DNA of 64,000 bases from Burkholderiales bacterium (GTDB lineage: Bacteria > Pseudomonadota > Gammaproteobacteria > Burkholderiales > Usitatibacteraceae), in the NCBI GenBank assembly GCA_038206765.1, contig JBBRAM010000007.1, forward strand, positions 73,895 through 137,894. Direction: 5' to 3'. Within the stretch, counting starts at the first letter, position 1, and the number at the start of each line of letters is the position of its first letter. Below are positions 26,862 to 35,437 of this stretch, piece after piece. The translations under genes were made by a program, and so were the position numbers. Under the pieces are notes generated by a model. The model was given only the letters and a program-made list of their open reading frames with translations. It searched no databases and was not told the DNA's origin.

Positions 26862-28847
26862 ATGTCCTCCAATGCCGACAACTCTGCCGCCATCACGACC
26901 ATTGCGCTGATCGTTGGCGACATTCATGCGTTGAAAGATGAAGCGATTCGTCTGCTGCGCGAGCTTCGTTATTTTGTTGAACTTAGTGCGGATGTTGCCG
27001 GCGAAGTGTCGACCAGCAGTGATCCCATTATCGTTGCGATCGACGGTGCCGATTGGCGACGAGCATTGCCGGATGATTTGCTGGCAGCGCCTTGGCTCAC
27101 AGTGGTGACCCTAGAACACGCAACCGATTTGCCCGGCGCAGTGGCGAACCGAGCACTCGCAACGGTAAAAACCGGCTGGATTTCATTTTGCTGGCCGGGT
27201 ACAGAAATCAGCACGTGGTATGCAAACAAGGCGGAATTGCTGGCGGGCGCTTTGACGCGAAACGCTAACATCATCGCTGGTTATCGCGGCGCGGGTGAAT
27301 CGCGCTTGCAAGCGATTGGCAGTACCGAGAGCCAGTTGGTACATCCTGACGATGGCTTTTCAAGCGATTATCCGCACGCCTGGCTGCAAATGCTGGATCT
27401 GGTGCCGATGGCGAATGCGCTCGTTAAAACAAATTTTGTCCGGCAATTGGGCTTCCGCGAAAACGCGTCGCTGCAGCGCTGTTTTTGGTGGGACTTCACG
27501 CTGCGTGCCAGTGAAGTGACGAAAATCGAAAGCCTTCCCTTACAACCAATTCCGGTACAAAGTTGGCACCGCTATCGCTTTGCAGCGCCGTTCGCCGCGC
27601 GGACTGATGACGCCGTGCGAGCCATGATGGGCGCATTGGAAAAATCGATTGATCGCGGCTTAGACTCGCAATGGACGCAGTTGTCACGATCGCTGCAACA
27701 GAAAGTACAACATGCTCGGGAAGCCAGTGGCGGCGCGGGCCTTCGCATCACGGTGCTGGGTGGCGTGAATGAACCGGTGCACAACCAGCTTTGTTTTTTT
27801 AATTATTTTGCGTGGGTCAAGAACTGGGGATTGCTATCTTGGCGCTCGATCATTGACGACATCGCCCACCCCGATGATTTGGCCGACAGCGATCTGGTTA
27901 TTTTCAGCCGCGTAAAAAGTAAAAATGGCATGGCGTTGATGGATTTTTGCAACGCGAACAACATCGCTACGCTATACATGTTAGACGACAACTGGCTTTG
28001 GCTGGGGCGTGAATGGGCTGAATACGCGCCACTATTTACGCCAGGCAAGCCGGTGTTTGACCAGTTCATGCACTGCATGAAAAACGCTGATACCGTGCTG
28101 ACCTACAACCAACATTTGGCGGATGATTTGAAGCCTTATGTAAAAAATATTAACCGCCTTTCGCTGCTACCGACAAATGTAGCGTTAGCTTCATTCCCAC
28201 GCCAGCCCCGTATTGAAAGTAGTGACGTTACCATCGGTTACGTTGGCTCTATACGCAAAAATGCGCGTCCGTTTCAAGCCTTGGTTGAAATCGCACATGC
28301 GCGGCCGGAGGTAAAAATTTTCGTAATGTCGAACGCGCTGCCGGAAGAACTTTCGGTGCTGCCTGCGGGGCGAGTCACATTTCAGCCGTATCAATTTAGC
28401 TACGCCGCATACGCCAAAACAGTTTGCGAAGCCGCGCCAGATGTACTGATTGCGCCGGTTGGCCGCACTCGTTTTGAAGCCAGTAAATGCCCCAACAAAT
28501 ATCTCGAAATCACGGCCTGTGGTGCGGCTGGCGTTTACTCGAACGCGCCGCCTTACAAGATCAACGAGACCGATTACGTACGTGATAACGAAACCGGCCT
28601 GTTAGCCGACGACGATGTGGCAATGTGGCGCAGCCAAATTGAGAGATTGATAGACGATACCGCGTTGCGGAATCGATTGGCCAACGCGGCGCTGGCTGAT
28701 GTTGAAGCCCAATTCGATACCAGCGCTGTGTTGCCGCGATTCTTGGACATGTTGCTTGCAGCAACTGAAGCTATCAAGCCAACCAAGGTTAAAACACGGC
28801 CCGCGCCCACACTGGGATGGGTCAAAAGGCTGCTCAACTGGAAATAG
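26862..28847 (+). CDS. large glycosyltransferase (C-terminal GT-B/GT4-like domain; ~300-aa N-terminal region of unknown function)
   Basis: The C-terminal half has a GT-B-like pattern (IGYVGS..., KCPNKYLEITACGAAGVYS, ETGLL). I recognise nothing in the N-terminal half. Confidence 0.55.
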   Translation: MSSNADNSAAITTIALIVGDIHALKDEAIRLLRELRYFVELSADVAGEVSTSSDPIIVAIDGADWRRALPDDLLAAPWLTVVTLEHATDLPGAVANRALATVKTGWISFCWPGTEISTWYANKAELLAGALTRNANIIAGYRGAGESRLQAIGSTESQLVHPDDGFSSDYPHAWLQMLDLVPMANALVKTNFVRQLGFRENASLQRCFWWDFTLRASEVTKIESLPLQPIPVQSWHRYRFAAPFAARTDDAVRAMMGALEKSIDRGLDSQWTQLSRSLQQKVQHAREASGGAGLRITVLGGVNEPVHNQLCFFNYFAWVKNWGLLSWRSIIDDIAHPDDLADSDLVIFSRVKSKNGMALMDFCNANNIATLYMLDDNWLWLGREWAEYAPLFTPGKPVFDQFMHCMKNADTVLTYNQHLADDLKPYVKNINRLSLLPTNVALASFPRQPRIESSDVTIGYVGSIRKNARPFQALVEIAHARPEVKIFVMSNALPEELSVLPAGRVTFQPYQFSYAAYAKTVCEAAPDVLIAPVGRTRFEASKCPNKYLEITACGAAGVYSNAPPYKINETDYVRDNETGLLADDDVAMWRSQIERLIDDTALRNRLANAALADVEAQFDTSAVLPRFLDMLLAATEAIKPTKVKTRPAPTLGWVKRLLNWK

Positions 28848-29045
28848 CCTGAACTTATGGCTTTATTGGCGCTCAAAACAGGCTCGGTGTAGTGCTCCCA
28901 CCCACTGGTGCTGCGCTTCGAATTGCGAGCGCGACTGTTATACTTTCTGATTGATAGGATGCGTTATTGAATAGTGCCTACTTGAAAGCAATAGTAAGCG
29001 GCGGTTAGGGGCGGCAACGTGCTGTGTCTCGACCATTAAATTGCA

Positions 29046-30800
29046 ATGAATTCGCATCCGCTACGGGGAACCAGCTTGGAATCTACAACCGAAAAATTGG
29101 GTGAAATTCTGGTGTTGCGCGGCAAGCTTGATGCCGCGAATTTGGACCGCGCGCTCAAGGTGCAAGAATCGGCTCGCATAGAGCTTGGCTCGACTGAAAA
29201 ATTAGGCTCCATTTTAACCAGGCTTGGTATGGTTTCCAGCCGCGATTTGGCCGAAGCCCTCGCGCATCAACGCGGATGGGTGATTGTCGAGGCGAGCGAG
29301 TTCCCCGAATTGCCGGTTCTCGAAGAGTCCGTCTCATCGCGCTTTATTCAAGAGGCGCGTGCCATTCCGTTGTCCGACACCGACGATGAGGTGTTGGTGG
29401 CGATGACTGATCCGGCCGACGCTTACACGCTGCAAGCCTTTGGCGCGGCCACACAAAAGCGTATTCGTACCAAGCTACTGCCACTGAATGATTTTGAATT
29501 GTTGTTTGATCGGTTGTACGGCAACGGCAAATCGTCGATGGGGCAGATTGTTGACAATATTTCAACGCGCGATGAAGAGCAGGAATTTGGCGACATCGAA
29601 CAACTTAAAGATTTGGCCTCCGAAGCGCCAGTTATTCGCCTCGTCAATCTGGTGATTAACCATGCGCTGGAACGCCGGGCTTCGGACATTCATATTGAGC
29701 CGTTTGAGAATCGACTAATTGTTCGCTACCGCGTGGATGGCGTTCTGCACGAGACTGAATCTCCGCCGCGACGCTTATCGGCTGCCGTGATTTCACGGAT
29801 AAAAATCATGGCGAATTTAGATATTGCCGAGCGACGTTTACCGCAGGACGGCCGCATCAAGTTGCGTATTCAGGGCAAAGAGATCGATCTGCGCGTGTCA
29901 ACGGTACCCACCATGCATGGTGAATCGGTGGTGATGCGTATCCTAGACAAAGGTGGCGTGGCGTTGGATTTCCATGCGCTCGGTTTTGATGATCGTAATT
30001 TAAAAATTTTCACCGATATCCTTTCGCAACCACACGGCATTATTTTGGTCACAGGCCCCACCGGTTCGGGCAAAACCACCACGCTCTACACCGCACTTGA
30101 CCGGCTTAATCAGCCGGATGTCAAAATCTTAACGGTTGAAGACCCCGTCGAATATCAAATGCCGGGCATCAACCAAATTCAAGTGAAGCCGCAGATTAAT
30201 CTCACCTTTGCCAATGCGCTGCGCTCCATCGTCCGCCAAGACCCTGACGTGATCATGATCGGCGAGATCCGCGATTTAGAAACCGCACAAATCGCAGTGC
30301 AGTCCGCGCTCACCGGCCACTTGGTGTTGAGCACCTTGCATACCAACGATGCCGCGTCATCGATCAATCGCTTACTCGATATGGGCGTCGATGATTATTT
30401 GTTGACCTCGACCGTGGTTGGCATTCAGGCACAACGCTTGGTGCGGCTGCTGTGCACGCATTGCAAAGAGCCCTATCACCCGGTGGAAGAAGTGGTTGAA
30501 CAAATGGGCTTGCGACGATTTTTAGCAAACCCGGCCGGCGACGAGCGCATTACGCTTCATCAAGCGAAGGGCTGCGAACATTGCGGCCACACCGGATATT
30601 TTGGTCGTGAATCAATTATGGAAATCATGCCGATGAGTGATGGCCTCAGGAGCCTAGTGATGCGCCACGCCACCTCCGGCGAGCTGCGTGCCGCCGCCAT
30701 TGGCGAGGGGATGGAAACGATGTATGAGAACGGTTTGAAAAAAGCGGTGTTGGGTGTGACGACAATGGATGAAGTCTTGCGTGTCACGCGCGAAGATTAG
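29046..30800 (+). CDS. gspE: type II secretion system ATPase GspE with an N-terminal MshEN-type domain
   Basis: Walker A GPTGSGKTT, Asp box, Walker B VIMIGEIRD, His box, and the tetracysteine motif CTHC...CEHC. N-terminus: see the finding at 29094-29270. Confidence 0.95.
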   Translation: MNSHPLRGTSLESTTEKLGEILVLRGKLDAANLDRALKVQESARIELGSTEKLGSILTRLGMVSSRDLAEALAHQRGWVIVEASEFPELPVLEESVSSRFIQEARAIPLSDTDDEVLVAMTDPADAYTLQAFGAATQKRIRTKLLPLNDFELLFDRLYGNGKSSMGQIVDNISTRDEEQEFGDIEQLKDLASEAPVIRLVNLVINHALERRASDIHIEPFENRLIVRYRVDGVLHETESPPRRLSAAVISRIKIMANLDIAERRLPQDGRIKLRIQGKEIDLRVSTVPTMHGESVVMRILDKGGVALDFHALGFDDRNLKIFTDILSQPHGIILVTGPTGSGKTTTLYTALDRLNQPDVKILTVEDPVEYQMPGINQIQVKPQINLTFANALRSIVRQDPDVIMIGEIRDLETAQIAVQSALTGHLVLSTLHTNDAASSINRLLDMGVDDYLLTSTVVGIQAQRLVRLLCTHCKEPYHPVEEVVEQMGLRRFLANPAGDERITLHQAKGCEHCGHTGYFGRESIMEIMPMSDGLRSLVMRHATSGELRAAAIGEGMETMYENGLKKAVLGVTTMDEVLRVTRED

Positions 30801-30809
30801 TAGACGCCA

Positions 30810-32063
30810 ATGCCACTCTTTCAATACAAAGCCGTTAGTGCCGACGGCGACATCAAAGAAGGCGTGCTAGAGGGCGCGACCCAGTCAGGTGTGATTGCAC
30901 ATTTACAATCGCTCGGCTTGATTCCGATTCGGGCATCGGAGGTCGATGTTGCCGGTAGAACAAGCGAATTGCCAACAGGTATTGGCATTGGTGCGACGGC
31001 AACTCGCAAATCATTATTTGCGGGCGCGACTTTAAACGCCACGGATTTATCGCTGATCACCCGTGAATTGGCGACGTTGTTGAAGGCTGGCCTGCCACTG
31101 GATCGTAGCTTCGAGATTTTGATCAACTTGGCAGAACGTGAAAAAATCGCGGTGCTGCTTACGACCATCCGCAACGAAGTTCGCGGCGGAACCGCGCTCT
31201 CAAAAGCGCTCGATCAGCATCGCGATGTGTTTTCGCGTTTTTATATCAATATGGTTAAAGCTGGCGAAGCGGGTGGCGCGCTGGGTGCGGTGTTGATGCG
31301 CTTGGCAGATCATTTGGATCGCGCGATGGAATTAAAGGAAGGCGTCAAATCCGCCATGATTTACCCGGCGATTTTAATGTTAGTTTCTGCCGTTTCAATC
31401 ATTGTTATTTTGACGGCGGTAGTGCCACAGTTCAAGCAAATTTTTGAGCAATCGGGCGCAACACTATCATTAGGCACGAAAGGATTGCTTGCTGCCAGTA
31501 CGTTTTTTCGCGATTATTGGCTACCGTTAATAATCGGCGTTGCAACGGCTTTATGGATTGTTATGCGTTCGTTTGCCCATCCCGATTCCAGAGCGAAGTG
31601 GGATCGGAAATTGCTGACATGGCCGATTGCAGGCGGCCTGATTGCGCGGATCGAAATGGCCAAATTTTCTCGCTCACTCGGCACGTTATTGCAAAACGGT
31701 GTGCCGTTGTTGGCGTCCCTCACTATCTTAAAAGAAACGCTCGGCAACGCGGTGTTTCGCGAAGCAGTAGATTTTGTAGCGCGTGAATTAAAAGAAGGCC
31801 GTGGGATGGCTAAGCCCATGATGGAAACTGGTGTATTCCCTAAACTCGCCACGCAAATGATTAGCGTCGGAGAAGAAACTGGACGCTTGGATGAAATGCT
31901 GTTTCAAGTCGCCGAAGTCTACGACCGGCAAGTGGCTGCTGCGACAAAACGTGCGTTGGCGCTGCTACAGCCGGTGATGATTATTGGGCTTGCCCTGATC
32001 ATCGGTTTAATTATGTTTTTAATTTTGGATCCAATGCTCTCGCTGATGGACGCGATCAAATAA
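30810..32063 (+). CDS. gspF: type II secretion system inner-membrane platform protein GspF
   Basis: Duplicated GspF/PilC domain with LATLLKAGLPLDRS and LGTLLQNGVPLLAS. Confidence 0.95.
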   Translation: MPLFQYKAVSADGDIKEGVLEGATQSGVIAHLQSLGLIPIRASEVDVAGRTSELPTGIGIGATATRKSLFAGATLNATDLSLITRELATLLKAGLPLDRSFEILINLAEREKIAVLLTTIRNEVRGGTALSKALDQHRDVFSRFYINMVKAGEAGGALGAVLMRLADHLDRAMELKEGVKSAMIYPAILMLVSAVSIIVILTAVVPQFKQIFEQSGATLSLGTKGLLAASTFFRDYWLPLIIGVATALWIVMRSFAHPDSRAKWDRKLLTWPIAGGLIARIEMAKFSRSLGTLLQNGVPLLASLTILKETLGNAVFREAVDFVARELKEGRGMAKPMMETGVFPKLATQMISVGEETGRLDEMLFQVAEVYDRQVAAATKRALALLQPVMIIGLALIIGLIMFLILDPMLSLMDAIK

Positions 32064-32118
32064 AGTTCTTTTGCTTTCCAATTTACTATTTTTTTAATGC
32101 TGTTTTTCAGAGGTTTTT

Positions 32119-32559
32119 ATGCATACACATCCATTTCGTCAACGGCCCCGTCACCAAGGTTTCACGCTGATCGAAATTTTGATCGTTATTGTTATCATCG
32201 GCTCAATCCTCGCGTTTGCGGCTAGCCGGATTTTCGGCCAAGGTGAAACGGCTAAAGCCAGCCTCACCAAAGGCCGCATCTCGGAGCTGACCGGACAGCT
32301 TGATTTATACAAGCTCGAAACGGGGCGTTATCCGACCACCGCCGAAGGACTAAAAGCGTTGTTGCAAGCGCCTGCAGGTGCCGTCAATTGGAACGGTCCT
32401 TACGCCAAGAATCCCAACGCTATCAAGGATGCGTGGACAAATGACATGATTTACCGGTCACCCGGCACCGACAATCGCCCATACGAAATCATTTCGCTAG
32501 GCGCGGACAATCGCGAAGGTGGTGAAGGCGTGAACAAAGACCTAAATAGCTGGCAATAA
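32119..32559 (+). CDS. gspG: major pseudopilin GspG
   Basis: Prepilin leader ending G|FTLIEILIVIVIIG. GspG core LDLYKLETGRYPT, WNGPY and LGADNREGGEG. Confidence 0.9.
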   Translation: MHTHPFRQRPRHQGFTLIEILIVIVIIGSILAFAASRIFGQGETAKASLTKGRISELTGQLDLYKLETGRYPTTAEGLKALLQAPAGAVNWNGPYAKNPNAIKDAWTNDMIYRSPGTDNRPYEIISLGADNREGGEGVNKDLNSWQ

Positions 32560-32607
32560 GCGGCCAAACTGCCAACTTTCCTCTTCTTCCCTATATTAAG
32601 GCAATGC

Positions 32608-33144
32608 ATGCCGATGTGTGCCGCGCCCTCTAGCACCGATCGTTACCGTTGGCCCGTCGATAAGCTTGGCGGCCGCAATGGCCGCACCGGCAGCACCGGC
32701 TTTACGCTAATTGAGCTATTGGTCGTTATCACACTCATTGGCTTGGCTTACGCGCTTGTTCCGAAGATGGCGTTTGGCGGTGTTTCTGGCTCAGAACTAA
32801 AATCAAATGTGCGCGCCGTCGCAACTGGCTTGCGGCTCACGCGTGACGTGGCAATCAGCACCAAACGTGAAGCGATGTTGACGATCGACTTGGACGCGCG
32901 CGTATTTACCGTACAAGACGATGCCAAGCAACATAAGCTGAACGAAAAAATTGAGGTCAAGCTGTTCACCTCGCAAGCCGATCTGGTCTCGGACAAAGTT
33001 GGCTCCATTCGTTTTTACCCCGATGGCTCATCGAACGGCGGGCGCGTCACCGTCGGCGCTGGCGGGCGTGATTTTGCGGTCGATGTAGATTGGCTAACAG
33101 GTCGCGTCACCGTTGCGGAATTGGCGCAAAGTGGCCGTGGATAG
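32608..33144 (+). CDS. gspH: minor pseudopilin GspH
   Basis: G|FTLIELLVVITLIG prepilin motif, with the size and position of GspH. The leader is long, so the true start may lie downstream. Confidence 0.7.
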   Translation: MPMCAAPSSTDRYRWPVDKLGGRNGRTGSTGFTLIELLVVITLIGLAYALVPKMAFGGVSGSELKSNVRAVATGLRLTRDVAISTKREAMLTIDLDARVFTVQDDAKQHKLNEKIEVKLFTSQADLVSDKVGSIRFYPDGSSNGGRVTVGAGGRDFAVDVDWLTGRVTVAELAQSGRG

Positions 33145-33625
33145 TCGTTTTCCAAGTATTTTTGCCCGAAACGCCGCTTCCAGACTAGGGTTCAGGCATG
33201 GTCATTCGCGCGGCTTTTCAATCTTAGAAATCCTTGTCGCATTCACATTGCTGGCATTAGCAATGGGGATTTTGATGCAGATCTTCTCGCGCGGCGTCAA
33301 TGGCGCCGGGTTGGCGGATCAATATGCCAAAGCAACGATGATGGCCGAATCCAAGCTTGCTACTGTTGGTGTTGAAAGCGTACTGCAAGAAGGCGAGACA
33401 ACCGGCAAATTTGACGCTGGTTTTCAATGGCGTTTACAGGTCACGCCCTATGTCGACACAACGCCCAAAGACCCCGCCGCCTTGGCCGCAAATGGTGGCG
33501 TAGATATCGAATCGCTGATGGCCGTGAAGCTATTTGATGTTTCGTTGACCGTCAGTTTCCAAAGCGACGATAACCGCGATCGGCAAGTGACGTTAAACAC
33601 CTTGCTGATTGGGAGTAAGACGTGA
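33113..33625 (+). CDS. gspI: minor pseudopilin GspI
   Basis: G|FSILEILVAFTLLALAMG prepilin motif. The true start is probably GTG 33131 or 33137, overlapping the end of gspH. Confidence 0.7.
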   Translation: MRNWRKVAVDSRFPSIFARNAASRLGFRHGHSRGFSILEILVAFTLLALAMGILMQIFSRGVNGAGLADQYAKATMMAESKLATVGVESVLQEGETTGKFDAGFQWRLQVTPYVDTTPKDPAALAANGGVDIESLMAVKLFDVSLTVSFQSDDNRDRQVTLNTLLIGSKT

Positions 33626-34338
33626 CGCCGAACAGGACTCCGCGCCCTCCTCGACATGGCTTCACGCTGATCGAATTGCTAATCGGTTTAACGCTGCTGG
33701 CGTTGATGATGGTGCTCGTTTATTCAGCACTCAATGTTGGCATTCGCTCTTGGGATGCGGGCGATGCGCGGGTCGGCGAAGGTGGACAGCAACGCATTGC
33801 GCAAGCTTTCATGCGGCGCGAGTTTGCGCAGCTTTTTCCGGTGCGTTGGCGCGGCATTCCCGAATCCAAAATTGCGTTCGAGGGCGGCAAGACCGACATC
33901 CGTTTTGTCACGGCACTCAACCTGGATGCGGGCCTGAAGGATGGCGGTTTGCAGTGGGCGCATTTGCAATTGCGTGATGACGACGCACGAGGCTCAATTG
34001 GCAAAGCGCTCTACTTAAAACGGGAGCCATTTGATCTGCAAGCCAAAGATTGGACTGGGCTTGATAACGTGCCGGTGGCGCAAGCAACCAAACTATTGGG
34101 CGGCATCGCGTCGATGGATATTAGCTATTTTGGCGCAGAAAACGACACTGTTGATCCGCAATGGGCCAACGAATGGAAGAACCCGCTACGCATGCCGTTG
34201 CTGATTAAATTTATCTTCAAAAATGAAAATGGCCGCGAAACGCCGGACTTGATTGTGCAACCACATATTGGTGAGGAAGCCGGCTGTTACGACAATAATT
34301 TTCAGCGCCAATGTGGCGCACGGCGGGCTGCGTTGTGA
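33622..34338 (+). CDS. gspJ: minor pseudopilin GspJ
   Basis: G|FTLIELLIGLTLLALMM prepilin motif, 238 aa, 4-nt overlap with gspI. Confidence 0.75.
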   Translation: MTPNRTPRPPRHGFTLIELLIGLTLLALMMVLVYSALNVGIRSWDAGDARVGEGGQQRIAQAFMRREFAQLFPVRWRGIPESKIAFEGGKTDIRFVTALNLDAGLKDGGLQWAHLQLRDDDARGSIGKALYLKREPFDLQAKDWTGLDNVPVAQATKLLGGIASMDISYFGAENDTVDPQWANEWKNPLRMPLLIKFIFKNENGRETPDLIVQPHIGEEAGCYDNNFQRQCGARRAAL

Positions 34339-35432
34339 GGGTTAAGCTTCAACATGTATCTTGCAGCCCATTGCACCGCCAAACAGGCCGGCAACAAATC
34401 TCGCCGCGCGTCCAGCACGGTATCGCACTCATCATCGTGTTGTGGGTGATCACGTTGTTGTCGCTGATCGCCGCCAGTTTTGTGGTGGTGATGCGCAGCG
34501 ATGTCCGGCTCGTCACTAACAGTATTGGGCGCGCCAAGGCAGAAGCAGCGGCTAATGCAGGCGTGCAACGCGCCATGTTCGAGTTGTTCAAGCCGATCAA
34601 CACACCAGATCGCTGGGCGGCAGACGGAGTACCGCGAGAGTGGGGTTATCAGGATGCTGCCCTCATCATCACCATGAATGACGAGGCGGGGAAGATTGAT
34701 ATCAACACCGCCAGTGAACCTTTGCTGCGCGGCCTGCTCCAATCGCAAGGGATGATGCCCGATGACGCGGTTGCCATGGTCGATGCCATGGCTGATTGGC
34801 GCGATACTGATTCGCTAAAGCGTTTGCATGGCGCGGAAGAAGCTGAATATACGGCGGCGGGGTTGAAATATAAACCCGCCAATGCCGCTTTTCAGGCGCC
34901 CGAAGAACTCAAACTGGTGTTGGGCATGACGCCGCAACTTTATGATCGGATCGCGCCGTTGATTACGATTTACTCTAGACAGCCGGGCGTTTACTCTCAG
35001 ATTGCGTCGCGCGAGGTGCTGCGGGCGATTCCAAATGTGACGGAGGAGCAAATTGACACCTATATTCAGCTTCGTGAACAGGCGCGGCAGGCAAAAGCCG
35101 CAATCCCTATTTTCACCGCTGGCGCGGCGTATTTGTCGGTAGGTTCGGGCTACATTACGCGGATTCGCGCTGAAGCAAAGCTGCCGGATGGCTCGAGTTT
35201 TATTCGCGAAGCGGTAGGCCGGCAGCTCGGAAATCCGAAACGGTTTTATGCATTTCTACAGTGGAAAGAAGGGCATGAACAAACGGCAGCAGACGGAATA
35301 ATCAGCGCCGCTGGCTCAACACCGGGCTCACTGCCGGCCAAAGCAGCGCCACTCGCCGCGCAACAACCTTTATTTCCTGCGGCGCAACAGCCTTCAAAGC
35401 AGGGAACACCGCTAGGAACAAAGGTAAAATAG
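34311..35432 (+). CDS. gspK: minor pseudopilin GspK
   Basis: GIALIIVLWVITLLSLIAASF N-terminal helix without the Glu5 position. GspK-type helix-hairpin-helix region (DWRDTD..., FQAPEELKLVLGMT). The start may be GTG 34335. Confidence 0.8.
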   Translation: MWRTAGCVVRVKLQHVSCSPLHRQTGRQQISPRVQHGIALIIVLWVITLLSLIAASFVVVMRSDVRLVTNSIGRAKAEAAANAGVQRAMFELFKPINTPDRWAADGVPREWGYQDAALIITMNDEAGKIDINTASEPLLRGLLQSQGMMPDDAVAMVDAMADWRDTDSLKRLHGAEEAEYTAAGLKYKPANAAFQAPEELKLVLGMTPQLYDRIAPLITIYSRQPGVYSQIASREVLRAIPNVTEEQIDTYIQLREQARQAKAAIPIFTAGAAYLSVGSGYITRIRAEAKLPDGSSFIREAVGRQLGNPKRFYAFLQWKEGHEQTAADGIISAAGSTPGSLPAKAAPLAAQQPLFPAAQQPSKQGTPLGTKVK

Positions 35433-35437
35433 CGCCC

